The position numbers were made by a program, and so were the translations under genes. Shown in pieces: positions 8,165 to 18,041 of a stretch of DNA of 63,768 bases (the stretch's first letter is position 1; every line of letters starts with the position of its first letter). The notes under the pieces are model-generated. The model did no database searches and was not told the origin of the DNA. It was given only the letters and a program-made list of their open reading frames with translations. The DNA is taken from NCBI GenBank assembly GCA_016235455.1, contig JACRKZ010000106.1, positions 1-63,768 on the forward strand. The letters are read 5' to 3'. Source of the DNA: Armatimonadota bacterium (lineage in GTDB: Bacteria > Armatimonadota > UBA10988).

Positions 8165-10255
8165 ATGCGGCAGAGTCTCAGGGCAGCGGTCCTCCTAATG
8201 CTGTGGAGTGTCTTTGGACCGGGCCGACTCGCGGTCTGCGCCGCGGAGCCAACGTTGGTCGGCCACCGTGCCGAAGGCACGTCGACCGACACCCTCTGGA
8301 ACCAGGGCGCCTGGATCAACGCCAGTGCGGCCGAGGCCACCGAGGACCTTTCGGCCACGCGCCTCTACGCCAAAGTGACGGCCGTGGCCGGCTGGTACAA
8401 GGCGGCCATCTACGCTGTCGCGGGCGGCGGCCTGCTGGCCCAGACCGCCGCGGCCAGGGCGCCGGCCGATGGCTGGCTGGAGCTGGCGTTGGCGACGCCG
8501 GTAGCGCTCAAGGCCGGCCAGCGCTATTGGCTGGCCATCTGGTCGGATGACGCATCGGCTAAGGTCTTCTGCGACCAGGGCGGCCTGACGCGCTGGCTGC
8601 GGCGCGATTGGGGCGAATGGCCCAACCCCGTCGCTCTGGTCGAGGGCGGCGCGGTGACCTACTGCCTCTATGCCGCGGGCGCCACGCTGCCGCCGGCGGA
8701 CGCCCAGCCGCCGGTCAAGCCGTCTGAGCGCATCCTCGCCGGCCATACCGTCCAGCTCGACGCGCAGGGCAAGATCATCCCGTGGGACACGCCGGTAGCC
8801 AAGGCTTACGACCAGTTCCTGCGGCGGCGCTGGCAGTTCATCAAGACCAAGGTGCCGCCCGCACCGGGTCCGGCGCCGCGTTCGGACTATCCGCAGTACT
8901 TCTTCTACGACGGGTATACGACCAAGGACCTGGACATCAGGCCCGACAACTGGATGAACGATGTCGGCGAGAAGATCCCCAACTGGTTCGAGTCGGCTCG
9001 GCTGTACTACGCCTACACCGGCGATGCCGAGCCGCTGGCCATCGTGCGGCGCATGATCGACTACAGCCTCGACCACGGCACCAGTCCGGCCGGGTTCGCC
9101 TGGCCGCGCTTCCCATACACCACGACCAACTACGGCGACACCGAGTTCCGAGGCTTCCATGGCCCGTTTGCGCTGCACGAGACGCACACCGACCACGCCG
9201 GCGACATGGGCCTGTCGTACTACCGCTTGTACCAGCTCACTGGTGACGCCAGGTACCTGCGCGCCGCGTTGGCCGTGGCCGACGCGCTGGCCGCGCACGT
9301 TCGCACCGGCAGCGAGACGGAGTCCGTCTGGCCCTATCGAGTGCGCATGGACACGGGGCAGATCACCGCGCAGTACTGTGCCAACTGGGCCGGTGCGGTT
9401 GGGCTGCTGGAGGCGCTGGTTGCGGCCGGTCAGGGCAACACCGCTGCCTACGTCGCCGCGCGAGACAAGGCGCGCGAGTTCGTGCTGCGCTTCCCCATGG
9501 CCAACGGCCGCTGGGTCGATGGACACACCGACAATGCGGTCACCGGCAACAGCAACCGCAGCAACATGAGCAAGAGCAACACCATGCTCTACCTGTTCGA
9601 CCACCCAGAGTTCGACCCCGACTGGCGCACGCACATTCCCCGCTACCTCAAGTGGACCGAGGACCTGTTCGTCACGCGCACCAACGACGGCGAGCCGGCC
9701 ACGTCGTTCGGCGCCAACGTGGTGGGCGAGCAGGACGGCTTCAACTACAAGATGGACTACCAGACGGCGAGGTATGCCGCCGAGTGCGCGCGCTGGTACC
9801 GTGCGTCGGGCGACGAGAGCTATCGCGAGAAGGCCTACCGCAGCTTGAACTGGGTGACCTACTGCAGCGATGCCGAGGGCCGCGCCACCGAGAGCCCGTA
9901 CTCACTGCACATCGCCACCTGGTGGTCGGACTGCTACGGCGAGTGCCCGCGCATGTTCTACCACGCGTTTGCTGCCATGCCCGAATGGGCACCACCGGGC
10001 GAGGATCACATCCTCTACAGCGCCGGCGTGCTGGCCGACGTGGCCTACGCGCCGGGCGAGGTGCGTTACACCGCGCGCGATGCGGTTGGCACGGAGTACC
10101 TGCGCCTGACCTTCCTACCGGCGACGGTCACGCTCGATGGCGCGCCGCTACAGCGCTCCGGCACGGATGGCTGGCAGGCGCGCGACCTGGGCGGCGGCGA
10201 CTACGCGCTGACCGTCAGGCACGCGCGTGCGGGCCAGGTGCGGCTGGCGCGCTAG
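8165..10255 (+). CDS. Secreted protein: DUF4082-like beta module plus putative alpha-toroid catalytic domain
   Basis: Signal peptide; GWLELALATPVALKAGQRYW; helical repeats LYYAYTGD, LYQLTGDARYL, WYRASGDESYR. Confidence 0.65.
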   Translation: MRQSLRAAVLLMLWSVFGPGRLAVCAAEPTLVGHRAEGTSTDTLWNQGAWINASAAEATEDLSATRLYAKVTAVAGWYKAAIYAVAGGGLLAQTAAARAPADGWLELALATPVALKAGQRYWLAIWSDDASAKVFCDQGGLTRWLRRDWGEWPNPVALVEGGAVTYCLYAAGATLPPADAQPPVKPSERILAGHTVQLDAQGKIIPWDTPVAKAYDQFLRRRWQFIKTKVPPAPGPAPRSDYPQYFFYDGYTTKDLDIRPDNWMNDVGEKIPNWFESARLYYAYTGDAEPLAIVRRMIDYSLDHGTSPAGFAWPRFPYTTTNYGDTEFRGFHGPFALHETHTDHAGDMGLSYYRLYQLTGDARYLRAALAVADALAAHVRTGSETESVWPYRVRMDTGQITAQYCANWAGAVGLLEALVAAGQGNTAAYVAARDKAREFVLRFPMANGRWVDGHTDNAVTGNSNRSNMSKSNTMLYLFDHPEFDPDWRTHIPRYLKWTEDLFVTRTNDGEPATSFGANVVGEQDGFNYKMDYQTARYAAECARWYRASGDESYREKAYRSLNWVTYCSDAEGRATESPYSLHIATWWSDCYGECPRMFYHAFAAMPEWAPPGEDHILYSAGVLADVAYAPGEVRYTARDAVGTEYLRLTFLPATVTLDGAPLQRSGTDGWQARDLGGGDYALTVRHARAGQVRLAR

Positions 10256-13200
10256 GGCTCATAGGGGAACGGCTCGAATCGCAGCCACTTGCCCTGCGCC
10301 GGCTTCCACACCAGGCGGTTGCGCGAGTTGGCATAGAGCGGCCCGACGCTCAGGTTCTCGTTCATCACCTGCAGGTAGACCGTGACCTCCAGGTTCTGCC
10401 AGTCGACGGCGTCGCCCAGCCGGTAGTAGGCCGAGCGCGGCGAGTACCATTGGCTGCGGTAGGTATGGCTCATTGTGCCGTCGCTGATCTCCACACGGTC
10501 CACGCGCACCGTGGTGCGACCGCCCTTGAAGCCCAAGCCCACGGTGACCTCCGTGCTGGGCAGGTCGATCAATGTCGTCTCCTCTGCTTTGTCCCCGGTG
10601 TGGCTGGTCCAGGTGCCCACCAGTTCGTCGTCGCCGTGCAGTTGGTTGGGGTCGACATCGCCCGTGGCCAGATTGACCACCGAGTTGAGTGGGTCGATGA
10701 GCTTGGCCAACTCGCCGGCGATCTTGCCGCCCTTGCTGCCGAACACCGCGCCGAGCAGGTCGTCGGTGACGGTCTCCCAGGCGCTGCTGATCAGGTCGGT
10801 CGGGTTCCACTGGAAGGAGACGTTCTCGCTCCAGAACACGCCTGGCGTGACGCCGATGGCCAGCCCGCCCAGGTAGGTGTGCGGATCGCCCTGCACCGAG
10901 TACGAGGTCAGCGCCAACGACGGCTTGAACTCACCGTAGAAGGCTTCTACCTTGTAGCCCTTGGACGAGGCAGAGCCGATCTCGAAACCCGGGTAGGACT
11001 CGCACAGCGCCCAGGTGAGCACATGCGCCCCGATCTTCGAGGTGGCCGGCGTGACCTGCGCCATGCTCATGTCGCAGGTGATCAGGTCGCCGGCGCGCAG
11101 ACTGCCGGTCGTGTGGTCCACCCGCTGCACATAGCCCTTCTTGAGCAACTCGATGCCGTAGTTCGCGCCGGCCATGATGCCGTCGATGCGGAACCGGCCC
11201 TGGGCGTCGGTTACCGCCGAGGACGGCGTGCCGGCCACCATGACGGTGACGCCGCTGAGTTTGACGGCGGCGGCCGAGGTCACCGTGCCCTGGATGCTGG
11301 CCTTGGGCGCTTCGGCCAGGGCGATGTCGGCGCGCGCCGTGCCATCGGCACCGGCCAGCCAGGTGCGGGCCAGCTCCGTGGGCAGGTAGCCATAGGCCCA
11401 GATGGTGACGCGGTTGGCGCCCGGCTCGGCCAGATCGATGCGGTAGTCACCGGTCTCGCGGCGATAGCTCACGCGGTTGTGCGTGCCCGAGAAGCCCACA
11501 CTGGCGCCGTAGGCCGGCGGCTTGCCATCCGGCCCCGTCAGCCGGCCAAAGATGGTCACCGGCCCGTCGAGCAGCAGCGTCACGTTCGTCGTCTGGCCCG
11601 TGGCTACGGCGAACGGCGCCGCCCACTTGCGCGCGTAGGGCTTGCCGTCGTCCACGTCCTTCTCGGCCGACAAGGCCTGCGCCCCGTAGCTCGCCGGCGG
11701 GAAGTCGTCGACCGTGGCCCGGCCGCCTGCGCCGGTGACCATGGACCACAGGCCCGGCAGCGTCACGCGGGCGCCGACGACCGCTGCGCGGCTGCCGCTG
11801 TCGAGGCACTCGACCACCAACGTGCCCCCCGGTGGCCGTACTCGCAGCCGCGACGTGGCCACGTTGTTGTCGCGCTGCCGGTCGCCGAGCCGGTCGTCGG
11901 GATCGACCTCGACTCGCAGCGTGTGTTCACCCAGGGGCACGTTGGTCAGGTCCAGCGGCCAGCTCACGATGGTGCCGCGCACGAGCTTGGCCCCGGCGGT
12001 GCCCGGCGCGTTCATGCTCCAGGGCAGTTCGGCCGCGGTCAGCGTGGGCGCGTTGGGCACGAGGTCGGCCAAGCGCTCTCCCAGCGCTTGCCCGTCGAGG
12101 CTTGCCACCACCTTCACACCGCGCATCCACCGCGCGCCGCGTGGGTTCTCCACCACCGCCGCCAGCCAGGTTGGCGACTGGCGCAGGCCGAAGCGTGCGA
12201 ACTTGGCGTTCGGCCGCACGTAGACGCGGCCCTCGAAGACCGCCGCATCGTTGAACCCGCGGACCGCCAGCTTGCCGTCAGCGCCGCGCTGCTGGTCGGC
12301 GGGCGCCAGGCCGTCATAGACCACGGCCTCGCAGCGCGCTTCGTTGTCGCCTTCGTTGGTCTCGTCCACGTTCTGGTCGGGGTCGACGGTCAGGCGCAGC
12401 GGCAGCCGGCCGAGCACGGTCGGCAGCTTGAGCAGCACGCGCTTGCCGCGCGGTATCTCCTGGGTGCCGGGCGTGCTGGCGCCCGAGGTGACGAAGCGCA
12501 GTGTGACCGGCACGGATTCGGAGTGACGCCCGCCGCGCAGCAGCGGCTCACGGTGGTGGGTGTCGTCGCGCCACACCCAGTTGAGCGTATGGCCGCCGAC
12601 CTCGATGCGGCAGCGCAGGTCGCCGTAGTAGTCGGCGCCGTCGTTGTACAGTTTGAGCCACAGCTCGAGCCCGTCATGCGCGGCGTAGGGCAGGTCGTAG
12701 CGCGGCAGCACCTGCTCCGAGGCGATGCGCAGTTCGCCGCGCAGGTTCGGCTTGGGACCCGCGGCCGGCGGCGGACCGTCGGGCGGCGGCGTGATCGTGC
12801 CGCCACCCGCGGCCGACGGCGGCGGGCCTTCACCGTCGAACGGCGTGCTGGTCGGCGCCGAGCCGCCGATGCCCAGGCCGCTGACATGGCCATAGAAGAG
12901 CCGCTCGCGGCCCGCGGGTACAGCGCCGAGCTTGAGCGATGCCGCCACCACATGCACCTCGCCGCGCGGGTCGACCTGGGCGGCGATGGCCGTGAACGAG
13001 CGGATGAACTCCGCCGCCTCGGTCTGCGTGGCGCCGCGGCCCAGCCACTGCGGCGCGCCGGGACCGTCGGGACCCAACGGCGTCACGGCCAGGGCGAAGC
13101 GAGTGGCCTCTAGCGTCCAGCGCCGCACCAGCACCACGGTGCCCTCGGGCCCGGCGGCCAGCACATAGGCGCCGCCGGCCGCGCGGCCCGCGGGTGGGGG

Positions 13201-14070
13201 GATGGGCCGGGCATTGAGTGGCGTGCCCGGCAGCGCGCCCAGCGGCAGACGCGCCGTGGTCAGCTCTTCGACCTGCTCATTGCCCATCACCGCCACGGAC
13301 TGCTGGCGCGCCACGTCGTAGGCCATGCTGGCGGGACTGGCCAGCAGTCGGCCGCCGAGTGGCGGCGTGGCTGGCTGCGCGAGCCAGGCCGTGGTCGGTG
13401 CGAGCGGCGGCAGGCCTGGGCGGCCCAGCACCAGCGGTGTCTCCATGCGGCCGATGCCCGTGGCGTAGACGCGACCACGCGTGTCGGTCAGCAGATCCGC
13501 TGTGCGCGAGGAGCCCAGCGTCTGGTCGCTGATGCGCTGCGCGCTCCAGTTCTTGGCGCGACGCACATGCAGCCACAGGCCCGCCTGGCCGCCGGTGCGC
13601 ACATGCGCCAGGACCATCGGCGTGTCGCCGGCATAGGCGGCGCGGAAGTAGTCGGGCGTAGCGCCGGCGGGGTAGGTGGCGGCGGTGCTGGGGCCGGTCC
13701 AGCTCGTGCCGTTGGCCGAGCGCCAGGCCAGCACTGTGTCCAGCCGCTCGAAACTGGCCAGGCAGGTCAGGTCACTCGCGCGACCGACGAGTTCCAGGTG
13801 GGTCACGCTGCCGGCGCCCTTGGGCGGGCTGAGCCGGGCCTCGCGCCAGCCGTTGCCCTGCCGCCAGAGGAGCAGCGGCACGGTGGTCGTGTCCTGGGCC
13901 GACGCCTTGCCCGAAACCACGGCGGCGACATGGCCCTGGCCGTCGGCCCAGACGGCCGAATGACCGCCGAGATCCCAGCCGACTGGACTGATCGGCTCCA
14001 GCAGGCTGGCGGTCGGTGCGGCCAGCGCGCCGGTGAGAGGCAGCAACAGCACGGCGAGGCGACGCGGCAT
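10252..14070 (-). CDS. Large secreted modular protein (propeller-like N-terminus, 2 CARDB, about 3 carboxypeptidase-regulatory-like domains, unknown C-terminus)
   Basis: Signal peptide; VDPDQNVDETNEGDN and VDPDDRLGDRQRDNN; TDAQGRFRIDGI; Pro-rich linker. Confidence 0.75.
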   Translation of the reverse strand: MPRRLAVLLLPLTGALAAPTASLLEPISPVGWDLGGHSAVWADGQGHVAAVVSGKASAQDTTTVPLLLWRQGNGWREARLSPPKGAGSVTHLELVGRASDLTCLASFERLDTVLAWRSANGTSWTGPSTAATYPAGATPDYFRAAYAGDTPMVLAHVRTGGQAGLWLHVRRAKNWSAQRISDQTLGSSRTADLLTDTRGRVYATGIGRMETPLVLGRPGLPPLAPTTAWLAQPATPPLGGRLLASPASMAYDVARQQSVAVMGNEQVEELTTARLPLGALPGTPLNARPIPPPAGRAAGGAYVLAAGPEGTVVLVRRWTLEATRFALAVTPLGPDGPGAPQWLGRGATQTEAAEFIRSFTAIAAQVDPRGEVHVVAASLKLGAVPAGRERLFYGHVSGLGIGGSAPTSTPFDGEGPPPSAAGGGTITPPPDGPPPAAGPKPNLRGELRIASEQVLPRYDLPYAAHDGLELWLKLYNDGADYYGDLRCRIEVGGHTLNWVWRDDTHHREPLLRGGRHSESVPVTLRFVTSGASTPGTQEIPRGKRVLLKLPTVLGRLPLRLTVDPDQNVDETNEGDNEARCEAVVYDGLAPADQQRGADGKLAVRGFNDAAVFEGRVYVRPNAKFARFGLRQSPTWLAAVVENPRGARWMRGVKVVASLDGQALGERLADLVPNAPTLTAAELPWSMNAPGTAGAKLVRGTIVSWPLDLTNVPLGEHTLRVEVDPDDRLGDRQRDNNVATSRLRVRPPGGTLVVECLDSGSRAAVVGARVTLPGLWSMVTGAGGRATVDDFPPASYGAQALSAEKDVDDGKPYARKWAAPFAVATGQTTNVTLLLDGPVTIFGRLTGPDGKPPAYGASVGFSGTHNRVSYRRETGDYRIDLAEPGANRVTIWAYGYLPTELARTWLAGADGTARADIALAEAPKASIQGTVTSAAAVKLSGVTVMVAGTPSSAVTDAQGRFRIDGIMAGANYGIELLKKGYVQRVDHTTGSLRAGDLITCDMSMAQVTPATSKIGAHVLTWALCESYPGFEIGSASSKGYKVEAFYGEFKPSLALTSYSVQGDPHTYLGGLAIGVTPGVFWSENVSFQWNPTDLISSAWETVTDDLLGAVFGSKGGKIAGELAKLIDPLNSVVNLATGDVDPNQLHGDDELVGTWTSHTGDKAEETTLIDLPSTEVTVGLGFKGGRTTVRVDRVEISDGTMSHTYRSQWYSPRSAYYRLGDAVDWQNLEVTVYLQVMNENLSVGPLYANSRNRLVWKPAQGKWLRFEPFPYEP

Positions 14071-14139
14071 GGTGACGTCCCCTGCGAGTGGACCCGAGCC
14101 ACTCTCAAGGAACAGTGTAGCGCGCAGCGTTTGGGCCGG

Positions 14140-15288
14140 CTACTTGCCAGCTACCTCCGGCGCGAAAGCGCGGATCATGTCCGACGATGCCACCCAGGCC
14201 ATGCGCAGGTTGGGTCCGACGATCATTGTCGCCAGGCCGACCACCTCGCCCTTGGTGGTGACCACCGGGCCGCCACTGTTGCCTACCTCGGCCACGATAT
14301 CGGTCTCCACCCAGCCCACGCGGCCGTTGTCGGTGCGCTTGGAGGTGACCTTGCCGCCACGAATGCTGATCGACGGCCCGAGCTGGTTGAGACTCGCCTC
14401 GCCGCCCATGGGGTAGCCAAATGCCGCCGTCTCGGCGCCCTCGGTGAGCGTACTCAGGTCACACAGCGGCAGGGGCTTGATGGCGCCAGTGTCGACCTTG
14501 AGCAACGCCAGGTCGTTGGGCGTGCCCGGTTGGCCGACCTTGAGCACCTTGGCGCTGAACTTCGCGGCGTTCGACTGGCCGGAGTTGTAGACGACCTTGA
14601 TGTCCTTGCCGTTGTTGAGCACGTGGGCGTTGGTCAGCACATACCCCGCGCGCGGCACGTAGCCGCTGCCCTCGGCACCAGCGTCCTCGGCCTTGACCCA
14701 CACCGTGGCGGCCTGCACGCGCTGGCGCACCTCGGCGCTGAAGTGCTCCTCGACGCTGAGCTGCTTGGGGATCGCCTTCCATACGGCCACAGCCACCACC
14801 ACCACGACCAGCAGTGCTCCAAAGCGCAGGAGGTTGCGCCACTTGGGCGGGTCGGGCGGCGGCAAGGCGATGCCGATTGGCGCGGCCTCGGCCGGCGGCA
14901 ACTGGACCGGCCTGGCGACCGGCTGGCGCGGCGGCGGCGGCGGAGCTACGGCGGGCGGCGGCGGCGCCGGCGCGGCGACGGGTGGCGCGGTGGCTTCGGT
15001 CGGTCGGTCGGCCTCCAGGATGAGCACCGCCGAGCCCACGGCCAGGGTCTGGCCGGGCCGGACGCGGAACGGCTCGCGTTGGGGCTGGCCATCCACGGCG
15101 ACGACCGCTTCGCGCGGCTCCACCATGATGGCGCGCGGCTCCACGCGCAGTCGCGCGCCGGGCGCACTGGGATCGTCGGGCAACAGCTCGAAGCCGGTCT
15201 CGGCGGTCAGCAACCGCCAGGTGCCCGGCTTGAGGTTGAGCTTGCGCCCGGCATTCGCCGCATCCATGCCCCGCAGATATACCGCCAC
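14140..15288 (-). CDS. Membrane-anchored trypsin-like (S1C) serine protease with N-terminal FHA-like domain
   Basis: GTG start after GGAG; catalytic triad TNAHV, NDLALL, GNSGGP; Pro-rich linker and single TM. Confidence 0.82.
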   Translation of the reverse strand: MAVYLRGMDAANAGRKLNLKPGTWRLLTAETGFELLPDDPSAPGARLRVEPRAIMVEPREAVVAVDGQPQREPFRVRPGQTLAVGSAVLILEADRPTEATAPPVAAPAPPPPAVAPPPPPRQPVARPVQLPPAEAAPIGIALPPPDPPKWRNLLRFGALLVVVVVAVAVWKAIPKQLSVEEHFSAEVRQRVQAATVWVKAEDAGAEGSGYVPRAGYVLTNAHVLNNGKDIKVVYNSGQSNAAKFSAKVLKVGQPGTPNDLALLKVDTGAIKPLPLCDLSTLTEGAETAAFGYPMGGEASLNQLGPSISIRGGKVTSKRTDNGRVGWVETDIVAEVGNSGGPVVTTKGEVVGLATMIVGPNLRMAWVASSDMIRAFAPEVAGK

Positions 15289-15510
15289 CGCCGACTCCTG
15301 GCTGCACCCATTCGCCACGCGCCTGCTGGGAACCTTCTCGCCCCGCCGCCTCCAGGGCGTGGACGGCTCGACGAGCGCCGGGCGCCGCACTTACAAAACC
15401 TCACAACGTTGAATGTGGCGAGACAGCGGTGCTTTGGGCCTGCTATAGTCCATTCCAGCTATGGTCGGCAGTCCGTCAGGGGGCCACCGCCATTGCAGGA
15501 GGGTCTGAGC

Positions 15511-17070
15511 ATGGCACGTCAGGGTGCATGGCGCCGCGCGGCGCTGGCCGTTGGGATGGTTGTTGCGGGTTGGCTGGTGTCCGGCTGTGGTGCCGGGGCG
15601 CTGGGCGGTGCGGGCGGGCGGGCCGAGGGCTGGCCGACGGTCACGATGATTCCGTTCAGCGACCAGTGGGCGAGCTCGAAGCCCAGGTTCTTCGACATCG
15701 CCGACCAGTTGTTCCGGAACGACCTGCCGGCTGGCACCATTCAGTTCCGGTACGATCCGTCGCCCGCCGATCGGACGCTGGTTGGCGAGATCAAGGGTTC
15801 GGGCCTCAAGCCGAATTTCTGCTATCAGCTCAAGCTGATGGGCAAACCGGGAACGGTGAGCGGCGGCCTCTGGGGTTCCGGTGCGGACAATGCCACCAAC
15901 TACGCCATCCTAACCAACGCCCGCTGGTGGAAGTACAAGTCCGAGGTGCCCGCGTACGACACCTCCCCGACCGCGCAGGCCGCTCTGATGAATGACACGG
16001 AGTACCTGGACGGATGGGTTGCCGGGTACAACTACTTCGGCTACGTCATGACCGACGAGAACGGCACCATCAAGTACTTCGGCAGCGCCGCGGGCGCAGT
16101 CGAAGCGCCCACGGGCAGCGACGGCTGGGTACCGATCAAGGCGGACCACTGCTATCACATCACGGCCAAGACGGGGCAGAACAGCTTCATCGTCGCGACT
16201 GGGACGGTCAAGCAAGCCTATACGGTGAAGCGCACCACGGCCTGCTACCAGACGGCTGGCGCAGACCAGACCATCGAGCTCTGGTATGAGCGCGAGGCAG
16301 GTAACTCGGTCGACTTCGCGCTGTCCGCCGGTCTGCACGATGTCGTCCTGATGGTCACTGAGGAATCGTTCCACAACCAACTCGGTGGCCTCACCAACGT
16401 CGATGAGGGCGGCTACTGGCAGAGCACCTGGGTTAGCGATTGGACCACCAACGTGTCGCCCAAGACAGGTCGCGCTTGGACTCCCGTGCGCGGTGGAAGT
16501 ATCCGGTTCACCACGCCCAACACCGCCCCGACCGCGTCGTTCACGGCCACGCCGAGCGGCCTGTCGGTGTCGTGTGTCAGCACGTCGACCGACGCCGACG
16601 GGACCATCGCTAGTTACGCCTGGACCTTCGGTGACGGCGGCGTGGCCAGCGGCCCCAATGCCGCCCATACCTACGCCGCGGCTGGGACCTATACCATCGC
16701 TCTGACCGTGACCGACAACCTCGGCCTCCAGAGCACGACCACCCGGCAGGTCACCGTCGTCGCCGCGCCGAACAACGTCATGACCGCGACGGTCTACGTG
16801 ACCTGGCTGGGCAGCGTTGGCAAGTACCAGCCATACGCCAAGGTGACCGTCATGGCCAATGGCGCGCCGTGCGCCAGCGCCGTGGTGACGGGCCTGTTCA
16901 GCGGCGCGTTCACCAGCAAGGCCTCGGCCGTGACCACCAACGCCAGCGGTGTGGCTGAGTTCTATGGCCCGCCGCGCACCAAGTCCACGGGCGCGCTGAC
17001 GTTCCGGGTGACCAAGATCACCAAGACGGGATACACCGCTGCCGGCCTGCCGGTGAGCGGCAGCTACTGA
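15511..17070 (+). CDS. Lipoprotein with PKD domain
   Basis: GGAGG RBS; lipobox VSGC; PKD motifs PTASFT, DADGTIASYAWTFGDG, HTYAAAGTYTIALTVTDN; extended -10 TGCTATAGT at 15441-15449. Confidence 0.85.
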   Translation: MARQGAWRRAALAVGMVVAGWLVSGCGAGALGGAGGRAEGWPTVTMIPFSDQWASSKPRFFDIADQLFRNDLPAGTIQFRYDPSPADRTLVGEIKGSGLKPNFCYQLKLMGKPGTVSGGLWGSGADNATNYAILTNARWWKYKSEVPAYDTSPTAQAALMNDTEYLDGWVAGYNYFGYVMTDENGTIKYFGSAAGAVEAPTGSDGWVPIKADHCYHITAKTGQNSFIVATGTVKQAYTVKRTTACYQTAGADQTIELWYEREAGNSVDFALSAGLHDVVLMVTEESFHNQLGGLTNVDEGGYWQSTWVSDWTTNVSPKTGRAWTPVRGGSIRFTTPNTAPTASFTATPSGLSVSCVSTSTDADGTIASYAWTFGDGGVASGPNAAHTYAAAGTYTIALTVTDNLGLQSTTTRQVTVVAAPNNVMTATVYVTWLGSVGKYQPYAKVTVMANGAPCASAVVTGLFSGAFTSKASAVTTNASGVAEFYGPPRTKSTGALTFRVTKITKTGYTAAGLPVSGSY

Positions 17071-17096
17071 CCCTAACCAGGCGCTGGCCTGGGCAC

Positions 17097-17132
17097 CGAT
17101 GCGCGGCGTGCGGGCTCGCACGCCGCGCATCG
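17097..17132. terminator. Perfect 16-bp hairpin between convergent genes
   Basis: CGATGCGCGGCGTGCG-GGCT-CGCACGCCGCGCATCG. Confidence 0.6.
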
Positions 17133-17136
17133 TCGT

Positions 17137-18033
17137 CTAGAGCCAGCGCCCAAACCACGCGATCACTTCCGCGCGCATCTCCGGCGTCTCGCGGTGGTCG
17201 ACATCGTAGCGCACGATGCGCAGCCGGTCGGGGGCGCCCGCTGCCAGCCAGTCAGGCTCGACGGCAGCCTTGATGCGTTCGACGCCCTCGGGCGGCGTGC
17301 CGGCATCCTGGTCGCCGTTGAGGCTGAGGAAGGCGCGCGGGCAGATGAGCCGTACGATGTCGGCGGTCTCGAAATGCTTGAGCAGGCCCGGCACGAAGTA
17401 GTAGATGCCGTGGCAATACTCGGCCTGGTTGGCCAGCAGTGAGGTGAAGTCGGTCAGGCAGACCAGGCCCGCCGCGGCCTTGATGCGCTCATCGAGTGCG
17501 GCCAGCCACCAGGTCTGCGTGCAGCCCATGCTCAGGCCCACCGCGCCGATCCGCTGCGCGTCCACCTCGGGCCGCGACACCAGGTAGTCCACGGCGCGGT
17601 GCGCGTCGTAGCACATCATGCCCCACAGCACCTGGCCGTTCCATAGCATGCGCTTGAAGGTGTCGGACTCGGAGCGATGGCTGCGTTCGCCGAAGCACCA
17701 GGCGTCGATGGCCAGAGCCACGTAGCCCGCCTGCGCCAGCAGTTCGGCGTACGGCCCCAGCAGGTAGCTCTGGCCGTCGATGAACTCTTCCTTGCCGGTC
17801 TGGTAGTAGCCGCCGTGGCTGTGGCTGTAGACCACCGCCGGCGCGGGCCCGGTGAGGCCGTCGGGCACCATCAGCCAGGCCGGCACCGGCTCGATGCCGT
17901 TCAGGTCGAGCCGCAGCTTCTCCAGGCGATATCCGGCGCACTGGCGGACCTCGGTCGTCTCGCAGGCGATCGGCCCCGGCGTGGGCAGATCGCCCAGCAG
18001 TGACCAGAGTTGCGCGCGGCGGTCGGCACCCAT
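17137..18033 (-). CDS. Alpha/beta hydrolase (dienelactone hydrolase-like)
   Basis: HSHGG oxyanion region, GLSMG nucleophile elbow, NGDQD, C-terminal His. Confidence 0.85.
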   Translation of the reverse strand: MGADRRAQLWSLLGDLPTPGPIACETTEVRQCAGYRLEKLRLDLNGIEPVPAWLMVPDGLTGPAPAVVYSHSHGGYYQTGKEEFIDGQSYLLGPYAELLAQAGYVALAIDAWCFGERSHRSESDTFKRMLWNGQVLWGMMCYDAHRAVDYLVSRPEVDAQRIGAVGLSMGCTQTWWLAALDERIKAAAGLVCLTDFTSLLANQAEYCHGIYYFVPGLLKHFETADIVRLICPRAFLSLNGDQDAGTPPEGVERIKAAVEPDWLAAGAPDRLRIVRYDVDHRETPEMRAEVIAWFGRWL

Positions 18034-18041
18034 GGCGGCTC

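Noticed and set aside
13567-15510. N-terminal 650 aa of the 1167-aa ORF
   Set aside because: It overlaps real minus-strand genes; the true start is ATG 15511 with RBS and lipoprotein signal.
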